Below the pieces are notes generated by a model. It was not told the DNA's origin and did no database searches. It worked only from the letters and a program-made list of their open reading frames with translations. This document shows positions 1 through 13,600 of a DNA stretch of 64,000 nt, one piece after another; the stretch's first letter is position 1, and the number at the start of each line of letters is the position of its first letter. The position numbers were made by a program, and so were the translations under genes. Origin of the DNA: Daphnia carinata (lineage: Eukaryota); the NCBI RefSeq assembly GCF_022539665.2, contig NC_081333.1, positions 10,044,001 to 10,108,000 of the forward strand, written 5' to 3'.

Positions 1-1591
1 GCCAGCTTGCTAATTAAAACCAGCCCTGCGATCTTCTTAACCTCTCATTCGGGGTGCTACTGGTTTCTTTACTGGACACAGCGCCTAGAAGAAAGATGGG
101 TTCTTGGACACCCAGTCGCACACTAGCCTTCCTCGTATGAGATTCACTGATTTGAAAACAGTAGCCTAATACTAGGCTGTACGAGTAAGAGTGAATATGT
201 TCGTGGCACGGTAGTTCTCCTACAACGAAGTTCTTACATTGCGATTGATTCTTTCGGATGCAGAAGAAAAAAGGATTCCGCCGGTTGAACTGTTGGTGCA
301 AAAAATGGGCACTATGGAATTTTTGGGTGAGTTGTCAGGTTTTCGAGTGCAATCTCTGATCAGAGAATGAATGCGATATCGATGAAAAGTATTGACATTC
401 TTCAAAAATACTGATTTGGTAATCTTGAGGAAATGTGAAAAAAGAAAAAAGAATTCGACGTTGCTGTTACACGAAAACTTGCGTGCATCGTCGCTAGAGC
501 CAAAAAACACGAATTATACATGGTGGGTAAAAGAGCAGAGAGAAAGAGACAGCGCGGAAGCAAAGGAGCGCGATTGGCGGCGCCGCCGGAATCTAGCTCC
601 TCCCCTCCAACTGAGCGAGTAACCAATGGTTGCGTTTTGGAGGGGGGATCGAGCCCGGTTGCGCGTGAATTGGTTGGACGTGGAGAGGGTCCAATGGAGT
701 GGCTGTTGAAGTATACGCCCTTGGTCGTCGCCGGGGTCTTGGGCTTGGTATAGGGTGAAGTGCCATGCTTCAAAGATTTGCCGAGGAGCTCTTGGAGAGG
801 CATTTGAGGAAGTGGCTGCTGCTGGGTGAGTGCGACACAAGTGATTGAACTGACCTGTGATCCCATCATCCTCTTCAGGCTTGTTGATCAACATTAAGCA
901 AGCAAGACTCTCTCTCTCTCTTTCATCGTTCTCCAGACTCTCACGCGCTCTCATCTCGCTCTCTCGTCGTCTTCGCACCGTTTTTGACCACCTTCGCGAC
1001 CGGTTCTCTAGCGCCCTCAACTCTTCGAGCGACTTCTTCATCGGCCTCTCGTCGCCCATCGCTACCGTGTGTTGTTTTTTTTCTCTCTCTCCCCTGGCCG
1101 GCCTGAGAGCTAGCCCTCCCGACACTTTGCGGTCGAGTGTCTCTTTGAATTAAGTAAAAAAAAAAAAAGGAAAAGTCAGGAAGCAAAGAGAGGCAAAAAA
1201 AATTTCAAGAACCTCTTAGTAATCAGGTTCGTGTGTGTCGGTGAACGACTCTGTGTCGATTGATGAAAGATTGGCGAAAACATCCTTGACCGACGTCGAG
1301 AGATTCTCGACTTCATCATCAGTCATCTCCTAATCGCCCTTGATTTTGGCCGAGAGAGCCACTCCGGCGTTATAGCTAGCCACGCACTCCTGCTCGCTTC
1401 CGCCCGCCAGAGTGTTTTCATTTCCCAATCCATTCGCATCGTTATCTACACCGCCGATTGAGCCGCAACTTTAACATTCGCGATAGTTTGGTGGCATTTC
1501 CGTAAACTCCATTACCGTTACAAGTGTTTTTAGCAGTAAACTCAACATTGCACCGCACTGGAGCAAATTTTGAAATCCCAACGCCAATGTC

Positions 1592-4388
1592 ATGTCCGTG
1601 AGTCCCAAGTACCGAACAAATTTCTCAGTCACTGACATTTTGAGCCCACTGGATGAAACGGTAGCTCTGCCTCCTCGTCCATTAAAACCATATTCCATCG
1701 GTGAAGATACCCCCAATTCGGACCTGCAACAACTTCATCAACCCAACAGCACTGGAACAGAATCTTATCTGTTGTTAAATTCTATAACCAATTTAACGGA
1801 CAGCACTAATAACAACAAGTCAATGAGCGTGCCAGTCTCTACTCCGTTTGGCGTGCATCAGTTGGGAATGCATTCTTCTCATCCACCACCACCGCATTCA
1901 GGCGGCGGTCACATTCCGGCAACGACGTCGGCTTTTACGACAACGAGCGGATCGCAGTACACTAATGGAGCATCGGAATTCTCCGCTTCGGCCTACGGAG
2001 TGTCAGGAGACGTCCGTGCTCCGACCGCACCTTGGTACAGCACTAGCAGCGGGGATCCGCGATTCGCTACTGATTACACCCTTTCTACCGGTAAGTTCCG
2101 AAATGTTTAGACGAAATAGAATTATTGACATCTTCAATATTCAAATATTTGCTTGTTTGTGCAAACCTACGCAGTGAGTCGTCTGATGAGCTCCACCGCA
2201 CCATCCGTCAATATGAATATGGCCGGTATGAACATGACTGGCATGAACATGTCCGGCATGAACATGAACATGTCAATGTCCGGAATCGGCGCGGCCTGCG
2301 GAATGAGCAGCGAGCCTAAGCAGTGCGGCGTTCAATTCCCGCTTCACGCGCAGAGACGCAAGCGACGAGTTCTCTTCACGCAAGCTCAGGTCAAGTCATT
2401 TCCTATCAATTTGCATGGCTTACGCCTGAGGCCTAGTGTTCATTTCCTGAGTTTCAAACAACTAAGTGAGCATGAATGGCTGTAAACTAAACGGTGAATG
2501 ACTTAGAGACTTGGGCGATGTTGCTGAGTAATTATACGACAGCTGCTGTAGAATCAAGACGCTGCTGCATTTGTTGAACTGTCTTTGGAGATATCGAACG
2601 ATGTCAGCAAAGCCAATATTGATACGTGACTATAATAATTAATCATAAGGATAGGCCATCTCAGCTATGTGTATCTTTACCTAGTGACTGGCTCCCGTGT
2701 GTGACAGCGTGACTAGTCATAATCGAGTGTGACGACATGAAAGAGTCTACGTGTGAAGTGTTTTCCAAAGAAACCACATCGAATCCTAATGAGTGAATTC
2801 AAAATTCAAAAAATAGGTTTACGAATTGGAAAGGCGTTTCAAACAGCAAAAATATTTATCAGCTCCTGAGCGAGAACATCTGGCCGGGCTCATTCATTTG
2901 ACTCCTACTCAGGTACGTAATATTTTCTTCTACCATAAACATTTCTCTATCAGCTAGTGACCTGGCGAGATTTAACCATTTCATTCTTCCTCCCTCCTAA
3001 ACAATCATACAGGTGAAAATCTGGTTCCAGAATCACCGCTACAAATGCAAGCGACAGGCCAAAGAGAAGGCCATGGCCGATATCGGATCTCAACATCAAC
3101 AGGTAAATCAACATTTCATTTCAATAGAATGTAAAGGCCTATAGGGGGTAATCGCAGATAATCCAATCATTACGATCTCATCTATTTTTCAATCGCATAC
3201 GCCGCAAAGCAAACGGATTTCCCACGAAAAACCCCAATATTTTGAATTGTAATAGTTTTTCTTGAAAAGTTCAACCAAAGGAAGGGGAGTGACGAAAAAG
3301 TTCATTGAAAAACACACCGGACATGTAAAAAGATTTGTAAAATCTCTTGTTTAGTCCACCCCCATCTGATTCTCCCCCAAAGTGATGTGCACGTATCTGC
3401 TGTGTACGCTCGTATAGGCCTGACATGGAGGGAGCGAGGGGATTCCGCTTGACCGAATGCAAATGGAAGGGTCCCGTCGGTTCATGGGAAACGGGCAGAT
3501 TTTCTCATATCTTTCAACGATACGACGTAGGGGGAATCCCTGACGGCATATTAGCGTTTCATAATAGATATATTATCGTTGACTACCGATGCCACTAAAT
3601 GTGAAACACCAGGCTCTATTCATCGACGCTACCGTTCGTGAAAGGGTTCAATCGCTATGTCAAAGCTTTAAGTAGTTTAAACGCTAGTTAAACCACGAAA
3701 GCAGTCGACCGTATCGTTTCATTTCAAATGGAACTAGTTTTTTTGTATTTGGTTTTAATTAGCGTGAAACATTTTGCGGTGTCTAATTTTCCATCTTTAA
3801 CGAAAAATTCAGAATTCTCCGAAGAGAGTGTCAGTGCCGTCGTTGGTCAACAAAGAGTGCAAAGCTGAAAACGGATCGGCTTTGGTCAGCAGTAGCAACA
3901 ACGGAGGTGGAGCGTTGGGCGCCTCGTCGGCCGGCGGCGGCGACAACTCGTGCAGCACCACTTTGGGAACGCAGCCGTCGCCGTCGTCCGTTGGATGCCG
4001 CGACGACGATTGCACGCCGAGTCCCGGACCGACCTCCTCGGGTCTGATGGGCGTCGCTCCCGGTCATCATACTCATCACCCCCACCACCCCCATCACCAC
4101 CTGGCGGCTCACCTGTCCCAGTCGCAAGTGGGTCTGCACCACGCCGCAGCCGCGGCCGCTGCCGCCGAGCACCACCCCAGCACTTCGGCCATGTATCTGA
4201 CCAGCCAGGCTCTTGGCTCGCTCGGCTTTCATCGCCAGGCATTGATGGAGACTCAGTCCTCCTCGCTGCATCCCTATCATCCCCATCATCATCACCAGCA
4301 TCATCACCATCACGCCCAAATGCAACAAGCTCAACAGCAGCAGAACAGTTTGAGTGCTTACCTGCCGCTACACAATGCTCGTTGGTAA
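1592..4388 (+). CDS. scro: NK2.1-class homeobox transcription factor (scarecrow / NKX2-1/2-4 ortholog), 5 coding exons
   Basis: Exons 1592-2090, 2175-2389, 2817-2912, 3013-3102 and 3813-4388 are all GT-AG and phase-consistent. N-terminal TN/eh1 motif [12 protein letters not shown]. Spliced homeodomain [59 protein letters not shown] has the NK2-diagnostic Tyr54. NK2-SD-like [11 protein letters not shown], His/Ala/Gln tracts and a C-terminal ARW. Confidence 0.95.
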
Positions 4389-7300
4389 ATACAATTTACG
4401 TTGATGAATACCTTTAAAAAAATTCCCCTCTTTTCTTTGAACTATTCATTCCGATTTATTCCAGTGTTGTTATAATTCGGTGTCTGCGGCGTCATTTGCT
4501 TTCATTTTTATTCGATTGTATTTCAGCCAGTGGTCTCTTTCTCACTCTCGCATTCCCTGCTATTTGATCCCGTTTTATCCGATTCGATTTAGTGTGGCAT
4601 TTTATTCGAATTTACTTTTCATTCATGTTGTAATATTTTTTTTACAAATATTTTGGAATCAATGGTCCGAATTATCTTCTTTGCGTATCGTCATACTTGT
4701 TCATCTTCTTCTAACTCTATTTACATATTTCAGTAGCTTACTCGTTGGTATAAGCTGTTTGCTGTTGTTTCAACTTATTCCCCTCTCCAAGTTTGCCGTA
4801 CACGATGGCTTTATTTAAAAAAAACATCAAACTCCTCATCCGTTCATCTCTCGTGCATTCCCCACTTTTTCCAATCCGTTGGCAAACACGTCGTCACTAT
4901 GTTACACATAAATATGCTAACTTTGAAATACACACATCATTTTATTCGGCAGCCTAAGCCTATCTAGTCTAGTCTATCACTCCACCTCCCCCTATCTCTT
5001 TCAGACCTCCACCGAACTATTCTTAGTTTCACACGACTCGATAAAAACGGAAATATGACAAAACATTGATCCCTTCCGCCGTCTACGATGGGGGCGTGAT
5101 TGTCCAAACAGCGCATCGTCAATTCATCATCATCATTATAAGCGCTAACGTTGTGTAAATTAAGGCAGTGGGGGTTAAAAAAAAAAGCAATGGTGAAAGG
5201 GGTGCTGCTGTGATAGACACGTGCGTTGCTGATGCAGTGTGAATTTTTGCTTACGTGTAAAGGGCAAGAGGGAGGTAAAGGCAGAACTTCAACTATATAT
5301 GCATCAGTCGATCTTCGGCTCAGGCGTGACGCTCGGATGTTTACCAGTAGCACTTATCCGGTGCGTTATATCGATATTATATTAACCCTCGGAACGGATG
5401 AGAGTGAGGCTGAGAGCTAGAGAACAAGCAATATCCGGTTGCTTATCATGCCTTGCCCTCCTTCCGGATTCCGGACAGGCCCGACATTTATTATGGATCA
5501 CTATGCGTCAGAAATGTTGAAATGACATCGTAAGCTGCTTTCTTATCGTACTAGAAAAGATGACAATTTGTAGATTATTAGGAGCGACAAAAGGTAGCTG
5601 TAATGGCTATTACACCGTTCCCAACATTCAAGAATATTGCTGGAACATACCAAATACGTTTACAATAAAAAAAAAACGAAATATAAAAAATATAAAAGCC
5701 CGTTGGCTTTTTAGGTATTTCGTGGCAAGTTACAGAAGCACAAAGTTGAAAATCGCCAGATATGACTGGTTTGAGGACCATTCACAAGCAGACCGACGCC
5801 ATATCCCGAAAGGATGGAGGGCACGTTATTGGACTCTCAATAAAAAAAAAAGTGGGGGGAGAAAAAGAAAAATTTACCATATGAAAGGAATAAATACAGT
5901 GTCGATAGCTAGGGGCCATCCGAAACAAATCAAGTCCGTCGCGGTCAGCTTGAAGTGACACCCACCACTAGCCCTGCACCCTTTTCTTTCTGCCTTATCC
6001 TCTAATTTTTATGTATTGAAGGGTTTGCTATAGAAAACGCTATGCGGAACAAGGCGGAGGGGTCACCGCAAACGTAAGAGCCGACAACTGTCCCTCTCTT
6101 TCCCTTTGGCCGAGAGGGACGAACTCGTTGGTGTAATAATCGACCTGCTGCCGACGTCCTGGTCATCAGTTACAGAACTTGGATCATGCCACAAAAAGAT
6201 TTCTTATACTCGTCGGCGTATCAATAAACATTTACAAGCAGCACACAGTAGCTAAAGGCGTACTCCGTATATGGTATGTTACCAGTTCCGTTCCGGACAA
6301 AGAGGCATGACATACGAAATTATTGTTATTATTCTTACACACAACAGAGGAGGTATATAACTAAAGTGAAGGGAGTGAAACGATGAAAAAGGGAAAAAGT
6401 ATTTTTTTTTAAAGAGAGAATAGAAAAAAAAAACGACTCGATCTATCTCAAGTGTCTTCGATTCTCGAGCAATCCGGCAGCAGTTCTACTTAGCTGTCTA
6501 AACAGATTAGCGAGAGCCGTACTGCTGTCGACTTAAACAGGCTCGATCCGTTGTGTCTATATAGACGCCCCCCTCTTCTCCTTTAAAACCTTCATCTATT
6601 CTTCGCATTTTTAGCCTTTCTATTCTTGTGTGTGCCTGTTCTCTGACGATCTATAAGCTTCAATCCTTCGCAAGACGTAGTTTCTATTCGAAATCAAAAT
6701 CATACACGATCAAATTTGCCATTTCAAACACTAACCAAGCTCCCGTCCTCCATTACCGTCTAGAAAAAAGAAGTGACGTCGGAAGACGTCTGGAAAAGCG
6801 AATGAACTCTGATGGATGTACAGTAGGCCATTCAAAATGAAATGTATTCTCCTTGCTGTTGTTTACTTGCTGATGGAGGAGACAGTGTTGACACAGTCAA
6901 CATCTATGCCACTCTCGTTTCCTACCCCATCCGACCCCTCACCTCCCACACATCCCCGAAAATGTTGTTTTCTTTAACATTGGCATTCGATTTTTTTTAT
7001 TTTCCCGGTCTTTTGTGCCTCCACCCCGTGAGAATTACGATTGAAAAATCATCCCGAACGAAAAATACGAGCCAGATGGCCTTCCCGTCGTTTATTGTTC
7101 GATATCAAGTTGTGCCTGTACTAATTTTCTCAACTCTACACCGTGACGTGAGGCTCCCTACACCCACAGTTGCAATCACAAGAGGACTTCAAAAGTATTT
7201 ACAATTTCAATATCATCGACGACGATGTATAGACTTTCCACCCACTTGATATCGTCCTGGAAAGAAAGAAAAGGCGTTAAGGGCCATCGATGCAGCAAGT

Positions 7301-7694
7301 ATGTCGACCAAATTCAGGGAGATTAAGTTATGGTAAGTAAATATACTAGTAACGAAAATAATCGGCAGGATTGCGGCCGGCAGATGGGAAGCATGTACAC
7401 CAACGGTTTCGTCGTCGCAGTTGCCAATTCCGAGTTTTTTTGTCGATGCTCAAGTGGCCACTCGAAGGATCGAGGAGGAAGACACAGAGAGATCTGACTG
7501 GCTGGCAGACCTACTAACCCATGGGATACGCATACGTTTCGTCCTACCCTGTATCTAACAGCTTTTTTTTTTCATCCGTTCTCTTTTTTTTTCTAAATAT
7601 ATACACTCCTCCCCTATACGCTTCTCTGTTGAAGAGAGCTCTTCTGAACTCAGCCGACTCGATTGAACACAATAGAGGACATTTTGCCACTCCA

Positions 7695-7787
7695 TCATTT
7701 TAAACTTGATTGGACCATGGACGAAGACGAAGAACCCGCAGCATCTGCGGCATCGTAAACAGGGCGTCGGGATCCCCAGGATCCGCC
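7695..7787 (-). CDS. Candidate terminal coding exon of XRN2 (GGSWGSRRPVYDAADAAGSSSSSMVQSSLK*)
   Basis: AG acceptor preceded by pyrimidine-rich sequence. Phase 0 matches the donor at 10608. Locally GC-rich, and the frame ends at TGA. An alternative phase-0 candidate lies near 9460-9519 (GSGKIPIPPDHLAAGRPYM*). Confidence 0.4.
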   Translation of the reverse strand, partial: GGSWGSRRPVYDAADAAGSSSSSMVQSSLK

Positions 7788-10608
7788 CTTTGATAAAGAT
7801 CGACGTTCGAAGAAGTTGAATTCGTCAGTCGCCAGATCAAAGTAGAAAAGAGGAAGAATTTTTTATCGAAAAGAAAAGTGGATAGAGTAAGAAAGAAAGA
7901 AAAATTCCCATAATGCCTCATTTCACCGACAAGTGCTCTCCAGCAGCATACCCTAGCAAGGAGACTCTTGCATTCATCCTTCACATATTTGTGCAAGTCC
8001 AAGTACCAGCATCTGGGCGTATGAAGTACTTAAATGTATATACTCAGCCTCGAGCTGGCGAGTGTGTCGCGCAACAACAGGACATGTGTGTGTGTACAGC
8101 TAAATCGATGTCAAAAAGCAAAAGAGATGAAATTAGGACACGATGAGACAGGAGCCGAGAGAGTCCCCCTACCTGGCCGAGGGTCGTTCAGCACGCTCGC
8201 TTATCATCGTTATTGTACCCATTGGGAGGCGAACGGGATTGGGGAGCGCGTGCGTTCACAGTTGACAAGACACAGTTAACGAACACTAGACATCCGCGCG
8301 TGCGGATTTCGCCTCTACCTATTTTTTTTTCTGCTTTTTATTATTTTATTTATTATCTATTTACAACACAAATTTTGTTTTTTCTCGTCAGATTCTTCAG
8401 ACGAAACAACGATGAGCCATTATTATTTTTAAACTATTTTGATATAAGCTGAAACCTTTTTATTTCGATAGCTTTAACGCTACGCTTGATTTCGAGGACG
8501 CCATTAGTCGACTCTTGACTCGGCAGTAGGGCGGTGACGTAATTGGAAACTGGATGATTGTCGGTATCTGCATTTCAACAGAAAATAGTTGCGCAGTGTC
8601 ATCTACGACGCGTGTCTTTCGATAATAGGCCTAAAATTGAAGAGGATGAAAAATGTCAATGTGTGGAAGGCAAAGATCCGACGCCATGATAGTCTTTCGT
8701 TTTTACAGGGCCTATATAGACTAAGGGGGTGTGTGGCAAGATGTCATCTTATCTTATTGAATCTTCTGTACGCTGGCCACGGCGATTCTTTGAAAATGAA
8801 GAAGATTCGGGGGGTAAAAGAAAAAAAGAAGTGCGTCAGCAAGCCTGATATCTCTTCTGGCGGAGGAGGAGGAGGGGGACGTATGTGGCTTCCCACGTTT
8901 GGTCACTGCACAAACAGATGCGACCATTCGATAAAAACTTTCTTTACGTTTCAAGAGGTGAAGGGAGACTCTTTCTTTTTTTTTTCATTTCATTCGTATT
9001 CTTTTTCTTTTTCAAATGGCGATGGATGAAAAAGTTTTCCTGGAATTCCCGCGGCACCGAAAAATCGTGCAGCTAATCATCTCGGTTCTCATGGACTTCC
9101 AAGTCACCCTCTTCTCTCCCCATCACAACAAATTCTATTTTCTTTGGCGGATGGACTGCGAAATCTATTTTTCTACAAGACTGGACACTAGATAAACTCT
9201 TCACCCTCGCTGCAGAAAGAAGGGGACGAAAAAATATATATATATATATCTTATATACGTTCCGTGTATACACACACATCCCGTTTAGTACACACTCACA
9301 TACAGTAAATATATATATATATTGTACAGGGTGGGAGATCGTTCTCCAATGATTATATCCGCTGCCATGGTTTCTTTCAACAGTCAGCCATCCGACGGCC
9401 TATAACTTGACGCTATGCGTCCCTTCTTGTTCCATCAAATGTTTAATTACGCTGTACGTCTACATATAGGGCCGCCCCGCTGCGAGATGGTCGGGGGGGA
9501 TGGGGATTTTGCCGCTGCCCTACAATGTTTACTTGGTGGAAAAAATTGCTAGACAACTAGCATATCCTTCTGCGTATAACCATCGATATTGATGTGTATA
9601 CTTTGTATTGACGTAATCACAAAAGGGAGCAAAAAAAAAAGGTGGCTTTTTTTTTTAAATCAATTTTTCAAACTTGCCTTTATGTTGTTTCCGTTCTTCT
9701 GAGAGCTCCGTCCCTACTCTACATTGAAACTTCTTTTTTTCAAGTTAAGCGGCACAATATCAAATCGACGATTCAGTCGAGCGAATCGGAGATCTTTCCG
9801 TGATTCAACGCGTTTCACAGTCTATACAGTACATAGTCGTGATAGATATCGCACTTGAATTGAGTGCGTAGCGAAAAAAGGAAAAAAATATTCAAGTAAT
9901 GTCGTTATTTTTATTCGAATTAATCCAAACAGCCATCAGGACTTTCGCTGTTGACACGGGACTATTGTTGACGCAAGACACGGCAACAGCTCGGAAAACA
10001 CGGGGGGGGGGGGGAATGGATAATTCAATCAACATTAATCCGATCAACGACGAGTATGAAAATTAAGTGTATGTTATTACGCAGAATTTAAACATTACAT
10101 CGAATTTAAATTTTTGTCACTGTCATTGCGTTAAGTCATTTCTCTTTGTTTTTTTTTTGTATTCTTTTTTTTTTTATTCAATGAAATTCAAACGACGCGA
10201 TGAAGTTAGCTTTAACCTTTACTTTTTAAAATCTTTTCCCCTGATAACCGGAAGTGTAGTAACCGTATCCAGCTGATGACGGAGCGTTCCCCTGTTCGGT
10301 GCATTACACACACAAAAGAAAACATAAAAAGATCATGATTAGAAAGAGTTGGACAGAAGTGACTCTCGAGACATGGAGGGAAAATTATGACAATCTGCGC
10401 TTATACTGTCACTCACCCATTCGCAAACAAAGTGGGAGTTCACGAGGTTTGATAATAACGTTTAAAAGAGAGAAAGAAAAAGTGAAACACGTACGTGACA
10501 TTATTTCTAGTACGTGTGATGGAGTCGACAAGCACTATCTACCGTTCGTCGTGTTGTAAACAAGAGGAAGACGAGACAAAGAAAAGTAAAACAAAAATTA
10601 ACATTTAC

Positions 10609-13600
10609 CCGAGGACCAGGAGGTCGCTGTGGAGGTCCCTGCTGAAAGCCGCCGCGCGGACGAGGAGCGTAATGATTACTGATGCCTCCGCCGCGGATGT
10701 TACTCGTTGCAGGTGGACCACTGAATCTAGCGACGGAAACGGAAGGAAATCTTGCAAATTACGAAATAATGGAAAAAACGTAATCGGAAATGTTCTACAA
10801 AAAAGAAAATTCGAAAATAGTAGTGGAGGCTTTCACGCGTGTCTTTGATTACGTTTGAGATAGCAAATAGCCAAAGAAAAGTATTTTTTTTTTCTAGTGT
10901 AAAGGGTGAACGGAAGGGGGGGGGAAAGAAGGACACGTTTGATGAAAAATACAGAACTTCCCGGATCGGATGCGGGTTCGTCAACGCATCAGTTCCCAAG
11001 CGTCCGCTCGATCGATTTTGTCAAAAATCTTTAAACTAAAACTTCCCATTTCAATTAAGCTTTTATAATTGGTCATTGCCCGACGCTAATTTTTTATTCC
11101 AGAGAAACGCACACATCGCCAGTCACAGAAAAGGAAAAACGCTAAAACAAATTCGGGTGACAAACGACGGCATTTTTTTTCCATCGATTAAAAAAACAAA
11201 ACTAGAACGTGACTTATCACAGCAGCGTTTCCTCCCCCGCTGCGCAACGTGTCGCCCATCTTTTTTTTTACCCCCTTTTTTGGCTTTTATGTTTTCTCTT
11301 TTGACTCCCCCATCAAATCATTTTGTCTATCTTTCTCTGCTACTACCTTAGACGCACTGTAAATGTCGCTGTCAAACTGTGGGAAGTTTTTGTGTCGGTA
11401 CCCTGTCTCAATCGTCCCCCCCCCCCCGCAAGCCCATTAGCTCAGTGATTATTGTATACAACACACAATCATAAAAGGGAGGCGCGGTTTGAATTAATTG
11501 AAAGATGCAGAAAATCACGTTCATTACAACGAGGGGACAACAGAAACCTTTGTCATTCCTCAATCTTTTTTTTTTTTAAACCCTCCACCGACTGGAATGA
11601 TGATGACGGGCGCATCGACACGTGCACACAACCATCTCGTATGTAGTATTAAAAAAAACACACACGGACATCAAAAATAAAAGTACTACTGAATTACAGC
11701 AACTTCTAATCTTTTGACAAGATTTTCCGCCGGGGGCTTCTCTTTTTACAAACAAGATTAAAAGTGAGCACATCTCGGCTCTCCCTCCTCTTTGCGATGC
11801 GAGATGCGAGACAATCGAAAATATATTGGACAAAGGATGACAATGGCCTACCTGTTTGGTTGATCGTAGCCGTATCCGCCGCGTCCGTGATGCTGCTGTT
11901 GTCTATGGTAGTCGTTTGGAGGAGGATAGCTTGCGCCTCCTCCACCGGCACCCCAACCCGATCGACCTTGATCGTTTGATCGATTCCAATCATCGTGTCC
12001 ACCTCGACCTCGCCCTGAATAATCGAAATGAAAAAGAGTAAAAAATGAGGAATAAAGAATTCGTCAGACGAGCCGATGTCGCGAGTTCGTACGGCTTAAG
12101 CCGTTTCCAATGAACTAATCATTGGCTCACGTATCCATCGTCGAAAACAGACACCGCCACGGATTGAGATCACCCAAAACGGGTCACTTTTTTACAGATT
12201 GGAAAAGAACGGACGAGAAATGAAAATGACGCTCTCGTTTTCAGGAGGAAAAAAAGGGGCCGTCCTTATATCGAATCAAATTGCGAAAGGAATTTGTCGA
12301 TTGACTTCAATAAATGAGGAAGAAGAGCCCCCGTGGAACAAAACAAATAAAGAAAAAAAAAGCATTAGTAGAGCAGAGTGGATCCTATGCGTAATACGGA
12401 TGTGACCCGATGTAACAGTCACGGAGCTGACGACGCAAACGCGATTTCAAGAGGGAACTAGAAGCAAAAAACTGAGAGGAAAAAAAAGAGGAAAAGGATG
12501 AAGGCCAAGTTAAGAGGCAAACCTCTTGAACAAAAGAAAGAATAAAAATTTAACTGAAGAAAACAAAAACGGAATATAAATAAAAAACATAAAAAACTGA
12601 CACTTCAATATTGGTCAATTAACACACACTTCAAGACATTCCTGTTAAGAAGCAAACAATTATTATTATTTTCTAATTTGAATGCAGCGGGACCACGAGA
12701 TGAACAAGTTCGTCCCGGTCACGGAGGATAACCCAAAATGGGAGATTGTAAGAATAAAAAAAGAAGCTAGGACGCTAGAAAAAAGGTGAAGAGAACAGTG
12801 ATCATCCGATTGAGAGCCGATAGAGTATTTAACAATTCTTTCACTCTCTCTCGTTCGTTTTTTTTTTATTTCTCTCCCTTTCTTTCTTATAATGCTGTTG
12901 TTAAGCGGCTGACAGGCACGCGTGGAATGTGACGACAAATAGGTAAAGAAGAGGTTAGAGCCACACGAAGAAGAGGAAGATATACAAATAGAATCAACAA
13001 AAGAGCCACACGAGAATATCTCCCCTCTGTTCTCTCACCCCATCGTTTTTACGTCCACCACTCGGGCCGAAAACGGAAGGGAAAAAAAATCTTAAGAAAA
13101 CGAAGAAGAAGCAAGTCCTATTATGCTAACGATTCAACAGTAAAGAACAGCTGTTGAAAAAAAGATATTTCACTGCGGTTCAGCTGACCGATACTTCTTT
13201 TTCCCTCTATTTTTTTTTATGCTGTGGTATCAAGACATTATTCGATGAATATAAAGCAATAGAGGAATGATGAAAAGGGTCACCTTAAAAAAATATACAA
13301 CAAACGCGTCCCTGGACGGACGGCGTAAAGGAGGGGCGAAGAGTGCGGGATAAATAACAACACACACACAGCAAAGGTGGAAATAGGAAAAGAAAAGGTT
13401 CCTCGTCAACACAACAAGCGAACAAGAGGGCACGATCGAATGGAAGGAAGAAGAGAGAGAGAGAGAGACAGCGTTTACTCAGGTGACTTGCGCTACTACT
13501 CGTAGCAAAGCAGCAGCTCTAGCAGTGGAATTCGCTACTGGGCGGGGTACACACACTGGCCAGGGCATTCCTTAAAAAAAAAAAAAAAAAAAAACATCTC

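Noticed and set aside
3831..4417. Long alternative-frame and antisense ORFs over NK2.1 exon 5
   Set aside because: Expected by-product of GC-rich His/Ala/Gly codon repeats.
10495..10848. 117-aa plus-strand ORF
   Set aside because: Antisense shadow of the XRN2 exon at 10609-10726.
11706..12002. 98-aa minus-strand ORF (MDTMIGIDQ…) and overlapping plus-strand ORFs as a standalone gene
   Set aside because: Better explained as off-frame shadows of the RGG-rich XRN2 exon at 11852-12014.
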